Both the position numbers and the translations under genes were made by a program. A stretch of DNA of 64,000 nt from an uncultured Pseudomonadales bacterium. Its GTDB lineage: Bacteria; Pseudomonadota; Gammaproteobacteria; Pseudomonadales; Porticoccaceae. The notes under the pieces are model-generated. The model did no database searches, was not told the origin of the DNA, and saw nothing but the letters and a program-made list of their open reading frames with translations. Shown one piece after another: positions 10,029 through 19,654 of this stretch; within the stretch, counting starts at the first letter, position 1; each line of letters opens with the position of its first letter. The stretch is taken from positions 56,454 through 120,453 of the forward strand of contig CALSRZ010000004.1 of assembly GCA_943788895.1 (NCBI GenBank), in the 5' to 3' direction.

Positions 10029-11336
10029 ATGCAAATATCTAATGAACTCGATTTTATTTTCTGGGCACTGGGCGGTCTTCTTATTGGCCTCAGTCTGGGT
10101 GTCGCTATCAGTCAATTATTGGTCCGTGGTCAGCGCGCTAAAAGCGATGCTGATCTCGCTGAACTCAGCAGTATTCGCCTTGAGCTTACGACAGCCAACG
10201 GTGTTCTCGAGCAGCGCCTTGTCGGCCAGCAGAGTCAGTACGAAGCCCAGTTAAAGCTACTTCAAGATGCCAAGAAAACCCTTAGTACGGAATTTGAAAA
10301 TCTCGCCAACCGTATCTTTGAAGATAAGCAGGCGAAATTCTCTGTGCAGAATAAAGAGGCTTTAGAGGTCACCCTAAGCCCACTGCGTCGGGATATTGGT
10401 GATTTTCGCAAGCAGGTTGAGTCTGCCTACGATAAAGAAAATGCCGATCGCAATAAGCTGGTCGGTCAGCTTAGCGAGCTGCAAAAGCAGACCATGCAGG
10501 TTTCCGCGGATGCGGTCTCGCTGGCCAATGCACTGCGCGGCGATAATAAAGCCCAGGGTAACTGGGGTGAGTTTATCCTCGAGAAATTACTTGAAGATTC
10601 CGGCCTCAGTAAAGGTCGAGAATACGATACTCAGGTGGCGTTAAAAGATGAAGACGGCAAGCGTCGCAACCCCGATGTGATTATTCATCTGCCCGAAGGC
10701 CGCGATATTGTGATTGATGCCAAGGTCAGTCTGGTGGATTACGAGCGCTATTTCCATGCCGAGGATGATGAGACCAAACAGCAGTGCCTGCGTCAGCACC
10801 TCAATTCACTGCGCGCCCATATTAAAGGGCTTAGCCATAAAGACTATGAAAAGCTTGAAGGGGTTAACAGCCTCGATTTTGTGCTGATCTTTGTCCCTGT
10901 TGAGGCGGCCTTTATGCTGGCTCTGGATCAGGACCCTGAGATGATGCGCGATGCCTATGATCGCGGCATTATTTTGGTTAGCCCAAGTACCTTGATGGTG
11001 ACCCTGAGAACGATTAAAAATCTGTGGCGCTATGCCGACCAAAGTCGCAATGCACAGATAATTGCCGATAAGGCCGGTGGTCTATATGACCAGTTTGTAC
11101 GTTATATAGAGTCTCTGGATGAAGTTGGCAAACATATCAGTAAAAGTCAGGAGGCCTGGGATACTGCCCATAAACGCCTGTCTACTGGTAAAGGAAATCT
11201 TGTTCGTCGCACAGAGGAGCTGAAAAAGCTTGGCGCCAAAGCGAAGAAAAGCCTGCCTGAGAGTGCTGGTTTGGATGCTTTTGATACGCCAGCACAGCTA
11301 GCAGATGATTCGGATCTCCCCGAATCAAAAGACTAA
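10029..11336 (+). CDS. rmuC: DNA recombination protein RmuC
   Basis: N-terminal TM plus coiled coil; QGNWGE, RPDV-like RNPDVIIHLP, IDAKVSL, DFVLIFVPVE, SPSTLMVTLRTI. Confidence 0.95.
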   Translation: MQISNELDFIFWALGGLLIGLSLGVAISQLLVRGQRAKSDADLAELSSIRLELTTANGVLEQRLVGQQSQYEAQLKLLQDAKKTLSTEFENLANRIFEDKQAKFSVQNKEALEVTLSPLRRDIGDFRKQVESAYDKENADRNKLVGQLSELQKQTMQVSADAVSLANALRGDNKAQGNWGEFILEKLLEDSGLSKGREYDTQVALKDEDGKRRNPDVIIHLPEGRDIVIDAKVSLVDYERYFHAEDDETKQQCLRQHLNSLRAHIKGLSHKDYEKLEGVNSLDFVLIFVPVEAAFMLALDQDPEMMRDAYDRGIILVSPSTLMVTLRTIKNLWRYADQSRNAQIIADKAGGLYDQFVRYIESLDEVGKHISKSQEAWDTAHKRLSTGKGNLVRRTEELKKLGAKAKKSLPESAGLDAFDTPAQLADDSDLPESKD

Positions 11337-11360
11337 ATAAACAGACGGGAAAGATTGAGA

Positions 11361-11831
11361 ATGGTTTTAAGTAGTTTAATGCTGGTAGCCGGTGGACTGT
11401 TGCTGATCGCCTTGAGTATCTACGCTGGCTATCTAGGCTATAAGCTTCGTCAGCAACGAGTTGAAACAGAGCAGGCTCAGCATAGAGCTAGCTGAAAGAG
11501 TTGAGTAAAAAAGAAATTCGAAGCACGACAGTCGGTACAGATCATTGCTCGGGCACTGGTGCAAAAAGATTTATCTGAAACTGAAGCGGCGATGCGTATC
11601 GCTTGGTTGAGCCAACAGATTAACCTGAGTGTCGATGAAGCTCAGCATGTCAGTGTCTTTCACGCAACTTGCCGTGGCCACGGCGCATATCCCTATTCTC
11701 GACGACTGGGCTGCTCTGAGTAAAAGCGAAAAGCGTCGTTTGGATGCTGAGCGTGAATCTATCGAGTCTAAATTACCGCGAGTTTATTTACGCTCAGCGC
11801 GGAAGATTTAACCGGTATTCAGCAGCACTAG
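11361..11831 (+). CDS. DUF2489-like membrane-anchored protein, frameshifted in this sequence
   Basis: Stitched frames: MVLSSLMLVAGGLLLIALSIYAGYLGYKL.../ARQSVQIIARALVQKDLSETEAAMRIAWL.../AHIPILDDWAALSKSEKRRLDAERESIE; at least 2 indels; end approximate. Confidence 0.65.
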
Positions 11832-11865
11832 TTAAATAAGTAGTGAAGTAATCAAAAACCTTCAG

Positions 11866-12966
11866 TTAACGGCGTTTAAGTAACACACCGCTCTCCAAAT
11901 GATCTGTCCAGGGAAACTGGTCAAAGATGGCTGTTCTGACTATCTCGTGGGTTTTCGTCAAGCTGTCTAAATTAGCTCCGCAGATGTCTCTGGGTTACAG
12001 GATATACGTAGAGGATCGTATCGAAACGCTCGCGCCAGTTCCAGGGTGCCGTCATCTAGACCCAGCTCTGGGTGGATCGACAAAGATGGTTGAGAAGTTA
12101 TAGCTCTCAAGGTCTATATCTTTCAGTCGGCGAAAAGGTCGTTCGCCATTTAAGGCCTGGGTAAATTCCTCGCTAGACATCCGCACTACGCTAACATTAT
12201 CCACTGGTTATTGTGAGTGAAATTAGTCTCTGCGGAACGCACGGAAATTTTTGATATTTCCGTCGCCAGAACAGATTTAAAGTGCTGTGCTAATACCTGC
12301 AGTAAAGTTGCCATTACCGCAGTAGAGTTCAAGTAAATCAGTCTGGCGATTATCTCGGTAATCACGGCAGCAACTGCTGGCCCAGCTAAGCATCTTTTGA
12401 TTGACCTCAGCATTGGGTTGGGTAAAACCGGACTCTACTTGCTGATACTGATATTCACGGCCATCAACGGTCAGCTTTTCCAGTACATAGTCGCGCTCTA
12501 AAACCACTTTCTGTTTGCGACTGCGACCAATCACCATAATATTTAAATCAGTCTGCAACTGCCGTGCAGCCTGCTGCCACTCTTCATCTACAGGGCGGTG
12601 ATAGATCAGTGTGACCAATACTTCGCCGCTAAGAGTGGTGAGAAATTCTGCGGTAAACAGTCTTTGGCTTAACACCGGCTCGGCATTAATAGCCTCGATT
12701 AGCGGGGTCATCAGCTTATTGATTAATGGGCCGCCAATTGGAAAGCTATCGATAATATAGGGACGTTTTTCCCCGGCGCGATTCATCGCATAGTGAGCGC
12801 GTCCATCTTCGTGCCAGATACGAAATTCAGCGCGCATTCGAAACTGGCTGGGTGCCGAATCAAATACCTCGATCTCAGGGAAACTTAGGCCTTCAAGAGT
12901 TTGCTTAAAGCGTGCCTGTTTGGCTTCGAGCTGGGCAGGGTAGAGCTGGGGATCAATTGCGTTCAA
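11866..12966 (-). CDS. trmA: tRNA (uracil-54-C5)-methyltransferase, frameshifted in this sequence
   Basis: [33 protein letters not shown]; downstream frames give [45 protein letters not shown]. Confidence 0.9.
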
Positions 12967-12982
12967 GGGTGATTAAAGCCTG

Positions 12983-13283
12983 TTAAATACAGTTTTTCGG
13001 TTTCGGTAAACCGGCGAATTTGGCGACCAGTTTGGCCGGGCTGCCGGGAAATAGTTGCAGCAGGTAAATGCTGCGGCCTTTTTCCATAGACAGCTCTGTG
13101 GCGACGGTTTTACACAGCGGACGCATCGAGGGCGAGAAGCCATATTGATCGAAGAACTGTCGGGCGACTTCGAGTACTTCCAGATGCGCTGCCGATGAGC
13201 TGCAGCTTATCTTCAGCTGCCAGCTGACTGGCGCTATCGGCGCTCCAGGCTGGCAGTTTGGCTAAGTAGTTTTTCTCGCTCAT
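12983..13283 (-). CDS. tusE: TusE/DsrC sulfur-relay protein, one frameshift; missing from the ORF track
   Basis: MSEKNYLAKLPAWSADSASQLAAEDKLQL / HLEVLEVARQFFDQYGFSPSMRPLCK...KGRSIYLLQLFPGSPAKLVAKFAGLPKPKNCI*; span 301 nt, not a multiple of 3. Confidence 0.9.
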
Positions 13284-13345
13284 AGCAATTTTTATACTGG
13301 AATAAAAAAGGCCCGGTTAAGGGCCCTTTAAAGTCACTGATAACC

Positions 13346-14023
13346 TTAGTCGTCGCTGCTCATGCCGAAGAAGCTCAGCAGAGTTAGGAAGAGGTTATAG
13401 ATCATCACGAATAATGTCACAGTTGCAGAGATATAGTTGCGCTCGCCACCGTGAATAATGGCGCTGGTCTGCCACATAATAATCGCTGTTGAGAGCAGGG
13501 CAAAAACTGCGCTGATGGTCAGTGCCAGTGCCGGGATCTGCAAGAACACATTAGCGATAGCTGCAGCAAAGGCTACTATCATGCCGGTCATCAGGAAGCC
13601 GGTCATAAAGTTAAGGTTTTTACGCGTGGTCAGCACATAGGCTGATGCGGCAAAGAAGACCAGTGCGGTTGAGCCAAGGGCCATAACAATGGGTTCAGAA
13701 CCCTGTACCGCGAGATACATATTGAGAATTGGTCCAAGGGTAAATCCTAACCAGCCAGTCAGGGCAAATACCCAGAGCAGGCCGCTTGAGTTATTTTTGT
13801 TTTTCTCGGTCATCCACAGGCAGATAAAGTAGGGCAGTAATGTCCAGAGTCCAAAGTAGGGGGCATTGAGGGCCATTGCTACACCGGCCATGGCGGCACT
13901 AAATGCGATTGTTGCGCCAAGCAGCATATAGGTGTTGCGAAGTACTTTAACGACCGCAGGATCAAGTGCGGTGCTTTGAATGCCGGAAGGCATCTGTTTT
14001 GCGTTGTATTTTTCAGTTTCCAT
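13346..14023 (-). CDS. yccA: Bax inhibitor-1/YccA family membrane protein
   Basis: VLRNTYMLLGATIAFSA, about 7 TM helices, GGERNYISATVTLFVMIYNLF; GAGGA RBS before METEK. Confidence 0.92.
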   Translation of the reverse strand: METEKYNAKQMPSGIQSTALDPAVVKVLRNTYMLLGATIAFSAAMAGVAMALNAPYFGLWTLLPYFICLWMTEKNKNNSSGLLWVFALTGWLGFTLGPILNMYLAVQGSEPIVMALGSTALVFFAASAYVLTTRKNLNFMTGFLMTGMIVAFAAAIANVFLQIPALALTISAVFALLSTAIIMWQTSAIIHGGERNYISATVTLFVMIYNLFLTLLSFFGMSSDD

Positions 14024-14112
14024 GCTGTTGTCCTCAATAAGAATTGCTAATGCGTCCAATAATACCCTGTCGGTAGAGTATTACCACTTTGTTGGGGTGG
14101 TTTTCATAGGTT

Positions 14113-14452
14113 TTTTTTGCTTTGAGTACTGGTTTAGATCGGGGCGGCCAGAACCGAGAAGGGCCTTCCGGGACTCACTCAAGCCATCCATGGGCGTTCG
14201 AGCGCCGTTCCCGACGGCGCACGGTCCCGGAAGACCCTCTCGGCACTCTGCCCTTACGATACTACCTCAATGCTTTTCTACATTTTTAATGGATTAGAAA
14301 ACTAAGGTTAGCTAAGGCAGGGCCGAGGAGGGCCTTCCGGGACCGTGCGCCGTGGAACGGCGCTCGAACGCCCACGGATGGTTGCGTGAGTCCTGGAAGG
14401 CCCTCCTCGGTTTTGGCCGCCCCAATCTAAAACAGAGCACCAAAACAAAAAA
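14113..14452. repeat. Head-to-head pair of ~140-bp REP/BIME-like palindromic units
   Basis: 14113-14256 is an imperfect reverse complement of 14313-14452. Each unit is itself a ~21-bp stem (e.g. CCGAGGAGGGCCTTCCGGGAC / GTCCTGGAAGGCCCTCCTCGG) enclosing a GCGCCG hairpin. Confidence 0.9.
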
Positions 14453-14464
14453 GGTAAGATCTAA

Positions 14465-15188
14465 CTACTTCTGGGAACTAATAACAAAACTCTCAAGATT
14501 GTAGCCACTGTCATCAAGACACAGCACCCAACCAAGATCATGCCAATCACCCAAAACAATCCGCTCCCCAGATGCCAAAGCATGGCGATTGGGACGGTGT
14601 GTGTGGCCGTGAATAAGAACTTCAACGCCGTGGTTGTCCATCACTGTAGCTACAGCCTGTGCATTGACATCCATAATAGCCGATGCCTTATTACTGTTAG
14701 CCGCCATGCTTTTTGCCCGCCAGTCAGTGGCCAGCTTTTGTCGGCGTTTAAGGGGTAGGTGAGAGAGACACCACTTGTAGATTGGATTGCGCGCCTTGCG
14801 GCGGAAGCGCTGATAGTCGATATCATCGGTGCACAGCGAGTCGCCGTGCATAGCCAAAGCCCTGTGACCGGCATATTCAATGATATGTTCATCGCCGAGC
14901 ATTACAGCGCCGCAGCGTTTAGATAAAACGCTTGCCGAGCAGGAAGTCGCGATTGCCTTGCTGGATAAACAGATTGACCCCGGAATCGCTGAGGTTGCGC
15001 AGGGCATCCTGAACTTCCGCAGCCATTGCACTGGGGTCATCATCGCCAATCCAGGCCTCGAAGAGATCGCCGAGAATATAGAGAGACTCGGCGTTCGCTG
15101 CGCGATCGGACAGAAAAGACAAAAACGCCCGGGTTACTGCCGGGCGTTCAGGTGCGAGATGTAGATCTGAAATAAACAGTACAGACAT
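14465..15188 (-). CDS. lpxH: UDP-2,3-diacylglucosamine diphosphatase, frameshifted near 14.9 kb
   Basis: [61 protein letters not shown]. Confidence 0.93.
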
Positions 15189-15207
15189 AGCTGGTCTCGT
15201 CGCTTAC

Positions 15208-15718
15208 TTATTTGTCTGAGTATGCATCACTGACAATCGTTTCGGTGATCTCAATAGTCTCAACCGGAACATCCTGGTGGTAGCCAGAGCTGCCTGTAGG
15301 CATTTTGGTGATTCGCATTAACCACATCCATACCATCAACAACCTTACCAAATACCGCATAGCCCCAGCCCTGGCTGTTTTTGCCGCTGTGGTTGAGGAA
15401 GCCGTTGTTGGAAACATTGATAAAGAACTGTGATGAAGCCGAGTGAGGATCGTTGGTGCGCGCCATAGCCAGAGTGCCAATATCGTTGGCCAGGCCGTTA
15501 TCTGCTTCGTTTTCGATAGAATCACGAGACGCTTTTTCCTGCATATTGGCATCCATACCGCCGCCCTGAACCATAAAGCCGGGGATTACACGGTGAAAAA
15601 TAGTGCCGTTATAAAATCCGTCGCGAGCGTATTGCAGGTAGTTGGCTGCAGACTTAGGTGCATTGGCGAAATCTAATTCGATGGAAATATCGCCCTGTGT
15701 AGTGCGCAAAGTAATCAT
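15208..15718 (-). CDS. ppiB: Peptidyl-prolyl cis-trans isomerase B (cyclophilin), C-terminal frameshift
   Basis: [47 protein letters not shown]; tail [11 protein letters not shown] is in the second frame. Confidence 0.95.
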
Positions 15719-15931
15719 AAAGAGTCCCTGAATCTATTTTGAGAGTTTGAAAAGTCGCTTATTTTAGTTTGTAAGGCGGCGGAATTAAACTGATGTTTGC
15801 TTTAATTCGGCATATTTGCCCAATGCTTTGGTCAGTAGGGGATTATTATGCTGCGAATAGCGCCTTTTTGTTTATTGGAATGGTTGCTACCGCTATAATC
15901 TCGCCACTTTATTTTCACCAGATTTGCACAC

Positions 15932-17587
15932 ATGACTGATATTGAAAAACCCAGCAATTTTATCCAGCAGATAATCAGCGCCGATCTCGACGCTAACCGA
16001 GTTGAAACTGTTGTTACCCGATTTCCGCCAGAGCCAAATGGTTACCTGCATATTGGCCATGCCAAATCTATCTGCCTGAATTTTGGACTGGCCGAACAGT
16101 TCAACGGTGCCTGCAATCTGCGTTTTGACGATACCAACCCGGAAAAAGAAGACGACGAATATGTTCAGGCGATTATTGAAGATGTTAAATGGCTTGGTTT
16201 TGACTGGGCCGACGAACCCAAATTTGCCTCTGACTATTTCGGTCAGCTCTACAGCTGGGCGCAATATCTGATTGGCGAGGGCAAAGCCTATATCTGTGAG
16301 TTAAACGCTGAAGATATGCGCGAGTATCGCGGCACATTGACTGAGGTAGGTAAAAACAGCCCCTACCGTGAGCGACCTGCTGAAGAGAGCCTAGCGCTGC
16401 TTGAACAGATGAAACAGGGCGCGGTTGATGAGGGAACCATGACATTGCGTGCCAAGATTGATATGGCCTCGCCAAATATCAATATGCGCGACCCGGTGAT
16501 GTACAGAATCAAAAAGATGGCCCATCACCGCACCGGTGATACCTGGAATATTTATCCCTCCTATGATTTTGCCCACGGTCAGGAAGATGCAATCGAAGGT
16601 GTTACTCATTCAGTCTGCACCTTGGAATTTGCCGCCAACCGTCCGCTCTATGAATGGTTTACCAGCAATCTGCCACTGCCATCTGTGCCTCGCCAGTATG
16701 AGTTTGGTCGCCTAAATATTAATTACACCGTGACCAGCAAGCGCAAGCTAAAGCAGCTGGTTGATGAGAAGCATGTGGATGGCTGGGATGATCCGCGGAT
16801 GCCGACGATCTCTGGTCTGCGTCGCAGGGGTGTGACTGCTGCGGCGGTTCGCGAGTTCTGCGATAGCCTAGCTGTTGCCAAAACTGATGGCGTTGTCGAC
16901 CTTGCCCAGTTTGAGCATTTTATTCGCACTGATCTTAACGATAATGCCAGTCGCGCCATGTGTGTTTTAAACCCTCTGAAAATTACCCTGAGTAATTATG
17001 AAGCGGGTAAAGAGGAAATTTTAACGGCAGCAGGGCATCCCAATCGCGATGATCTGCCCAGTCGTCAGCTGCCCTTTGGTCGTGAGATTTATATTGATCA
17101 GAGTGACTTTAGCGAAGACACCACATTGTCGCGCAAGAAATTTAAACGTCTGGTGATTGGTGAATATGTGCGCCTGCGTGGTGCCTATGTGATTCGTGCC
17201 GATGAAGTTATCCGTGATGATGCAGGTGAGATTGTTGAGATTATCGGTTCTTATGTGCCCGATACTGTGGGTGAAAATCCCCCCGAGGGTATTCGTCCAC
17301 GGGGCGTTATTCACTGGGTCTCTGCGAGCAACTGTATCGACTGTGATCTGTATCTCTACGAGAATCTATTTACCGAGGCAGCGCCGGACGCTGGTGAGGG
17401 TTCCTTCCTCGATCATTTAAACCCCCAGTCACTGCAGATTATTAAAAACTGTAAGGCTGAGTTGGGGCTTGGTGAGGCAGTTGCCGGTCAGCAGTACCAG
17501 TTTGAGCGCGAGGGTTATTACTGTTTGGATGGTAAACACAGCAGTGCTGATAAATTGGTTTTTAACCGGACTATTGCCTTGCGCTAA
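15932..17587 (+). CDS. glnS: Glutamine--tRNA ligase
   Basis: TRFPPEPNGYLHIGHAKS, LRFDDTNPEKE, VTSKRKLK, GVIHWVS, YQFEREGYY. Confidence 0.98.
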   Translation: MTDIEKPSNFIQQIISADLDANRVETVVTRFPPEPNGYLHIGHAKSICLNFGLAEQFNGACNLRFDDTNPEKEDDEYVQAIIEDVKWLGFDWADEPKFASDYFGQLYSWAQYLIGEGKAYICELNAEDMREYRGTLTEVGKNSPYRERPAEESLALLEQMKQGAVDEGTMTLRAKIDMASPNINMRDPVMYRIKKMAHHRTGDTWNIYPSYDFAHGQEDAIEGVTHSVCTLEFAANRPLYEWFTSNLPLPSVPRQYEFGRLNINYTVTSKRKLKQLVDEKHVDGWDDPRMPTISGLRRRGVTAAAVREFCDSLAVAKTDGVVDLAQFEHFIRTDLNDNASRAMCVLNPLKITLSNYEAGKEEILTAAGHPNRDDLPSRQLPFGREIYIDQSDFSEDTTLSRKKFKRLVIGEYVRLRGAYVIRADEVIRDDAGEIVEIIGSYVPDTVGENPPEGIRPRGVIHWVSASNCIDCDLYLYENLFTEAAPDAGEGSFLDHLNPQSLQIIKNCKAELGLGEAVAGQQYQFEREGYYCLDGKHSSADKLVFNRTIALR

Positions 17588-17655
17588 GGGCTTTTGCTTT
17601 GCGCTAAGGGCTTTTGCTTTGCGCTAATGGCTTTTGCCTTGCGCTAAGGGCTTTT
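17574..17655 (+). repeat. Four tandem copies of a 20-bp unit starting within the glnS stop region
   Basis: Unit GCGCTAAGGGCTTTTGC(T/C)TT at 17581, 17601, 17621, and partially at 17641. Confidence 0.95.
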
Positions 17656-17702
17656 AATAATCGCTAAAAGCTTTAACAGAATAAAAATATAAAGAGAGAA
17701 TA

Positions 17703-19099
17703 ATGGGTTTAACGCTATACAACACTTTGACACGCAGCAAGCAGCCATTCGAGCCTATTGATAGTCAGCGGGTGACTATGTATGTCTGCGGCCCAACCGT
17801 CTACAACCGTGTTCATATCGGTAATGCGCGTCCTGCGGTAGTCTTTGATACGCTGTATAGAGTGCTTAATACCCTTTACCCAAAGGTTGAGTACGCGCGC
17901 AATATCACTGATATTGACGATAAGATTATGAAGACAGCGGCTGAGCTTGGCGAAGATATCAGCGCCTTATCAACCCGCTATGCCGAGGCCTATTTTGATG
18001 ATATGGCCGCGCTTAATAATCTCTCTCCCTCATTGTTCCCTATGCCACCCAGCATATTCCCGAGATGATCGATATGGTCTCGCGGCTGATTGCAAAGGGC
18101 CATGCCTACAATATTGATAATGGCGTTGAGGGCGAGCAGGGCCATGTGCTGTTTGATGTGCAGTCTATGGCAGATTACGGCGCGCTCTCTGGTCGTTCAC
18201 TGGATGATATGTTGGCCGGTGCGCGGGTTGAAGTTGCCAGCTATAAAAAATATGCCGGTGACTTTGTGCTCTGGAAACCCTCCGCCGATAACGAGCCAGG
18301 TTGGGATAGTCCCTGGGGTCGCGGTCGTCCCGGCTGGCACCTCGAGTGCTCGGCAATGATTGAAAAGCATCTCGGCGAGACCATTGATATTCACGGCGGC
18401 GGTCAGGATTTGATCTTCCCTCATCACGAGAATGAGATCGCCCAGAGCTGCTGTGCCCACGATGGCAAACCCTTTGCCAATGTCTGGATGCACAATGGCT
18501 TTATCAATATTGAAGGCGAGAAAATGTCCAAGTCACTGGGCAATTTCCGTATGGTTAATGATCTGCTTGAACAGTATCCGGGCGAAGTGCTGCGCTATGT
18601 GATTCTCTCTGCCCACTATCGCTCAGAACAGAATTTTGGCAAGGATCTGCTCGATAGCGCCTGGCGTTCTCTGGATACTCTCTATGGCTTTCTGCGCTCT
18701 CAGGCTGATACTGAAGCGGCGGATGTGGATATTTCTGAGACTGATGCCTACAAGGCTCTGCTCGATGATTTAAATACACCTATGGCGATTAGTGAGCTGC
18801 ATAAATTGGCTCGCGAGTTGAATGGTGCTGATGCAGCAGATAAGCCTGCGGCCAAGGGTCGACTGCTGGCTATTGCCGGTCTGATGGGATTGTTGCAGCA
18901 GGATGCGGAGCAGTGGTTTACCCTGTCTCGCGGTGACGATGATATCTCTGCCGAGCAGGTTGAGGCATTGATTGCCAAGCGCAACCAGGCCAAGGCCGAT
19001 AAGGATTATGCTGGTGCTGATGCGGTTCGAGAAGAGCTTAAGTCACTGGGTGTGGTTCTGGAAGATAGTCGTGAAGGAACGAAGTGGCGTCGCGAATAA
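17703..19099 (+). CDS. cysS: Cysteine--tRNA ligase, frameshifted near 18.03-18.06 kb
   Basis: [25 protein letters not shown]; second frame [43 protein letters not shown]. Confidence 0.96.
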
Positions 19100-19229
19100 G
19101 TTTGCTTTGGTAAAAACCCATTACCTGTTAGTCCAGCTTTATTAATACAGATTTCAGTCTTCTCAACGCGGAGTAAATCCTAGAGTATACGAAGCTTACA
19201 AAAGCCTTTGCCTTTTGGAGTTTTTTGCC

Positions 19230-19553
19230 ATGGATTATCTTTATCGAGTTTTAATTTGGTTTATTCCATCAACTTTCTGGGGGATTGCTGGAGTTGCCTT
19301 TGGCCCCGGGATAGCGATGTTTTTTATCGGAGCAATTGTTGGATTCAGTGGTTGTCTATATAGCTTCTGTGAAAAATTCTTCGGCTTTCAACTTAAATTA
19401 TTCTGGTCTGCTTTAATCGTTTCCATAGTCAGCTTAGTCTTCGCTGCGTTGGTTTTTAAAGGGCTCTCTCTACAGGCTGCTGGATACTTTTTGGCGGTAT
19501 TCTTTATCCCCAGTTATCTCATTACTTTTCTTATTAAAAAGTTACGACTTTAA
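19230..19553 (+). CDS. Hypothetical small integral membrane protein (about 4 TM), AT-rich
   Basis: GGAG RBS then ATG; almost entirely hydrophobic; no recognisable motif. Confidence 0.6.
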   Translation: MDYLYRVLIWFIPSTFWGIAGVAFGPGIAMFFIGAIVGFSGCLYSFCEKFFGFQLKLFWSALIVSIVSLVFAALVFKGLSLQAAGYFLAVFFIPSYLITFLIKKLRL

Positions 19554-19654
19554 TATTTTATTTTGATAACTTGGCAGACATTAAAAAACCCCGCATAAGC
19601 GAGGCTTCTTAATAACTTTGTCATTTCGACGCTTCGCGTCTCAGGAAGACAACT

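Noticed and set aside
14060-14460. tRNA-Ser expected upstream of yccA
   Set aside because: No cloverleaf, T-loop (GTTCRA) in a tRNA context or CCA end; the sequence is a palindromic repeat pair
17574-17655. Repeat array as a CRISPR
   Set aside because: Units abut directly with no spacers, and there are no cas genes
11361-18070. Cluster of frameshifts in DUF2489, trmA, tusE, lpxH, ppiB and cysS read as pseudogenes or programmed frameshifting
   Set aside because: Essential genes are hit (cysS, lpxH), both halves retain full motifs, there are no obvious slippery sites, and indels cluster regionally. This fits long-read consensus error. Read pileups would settle it.
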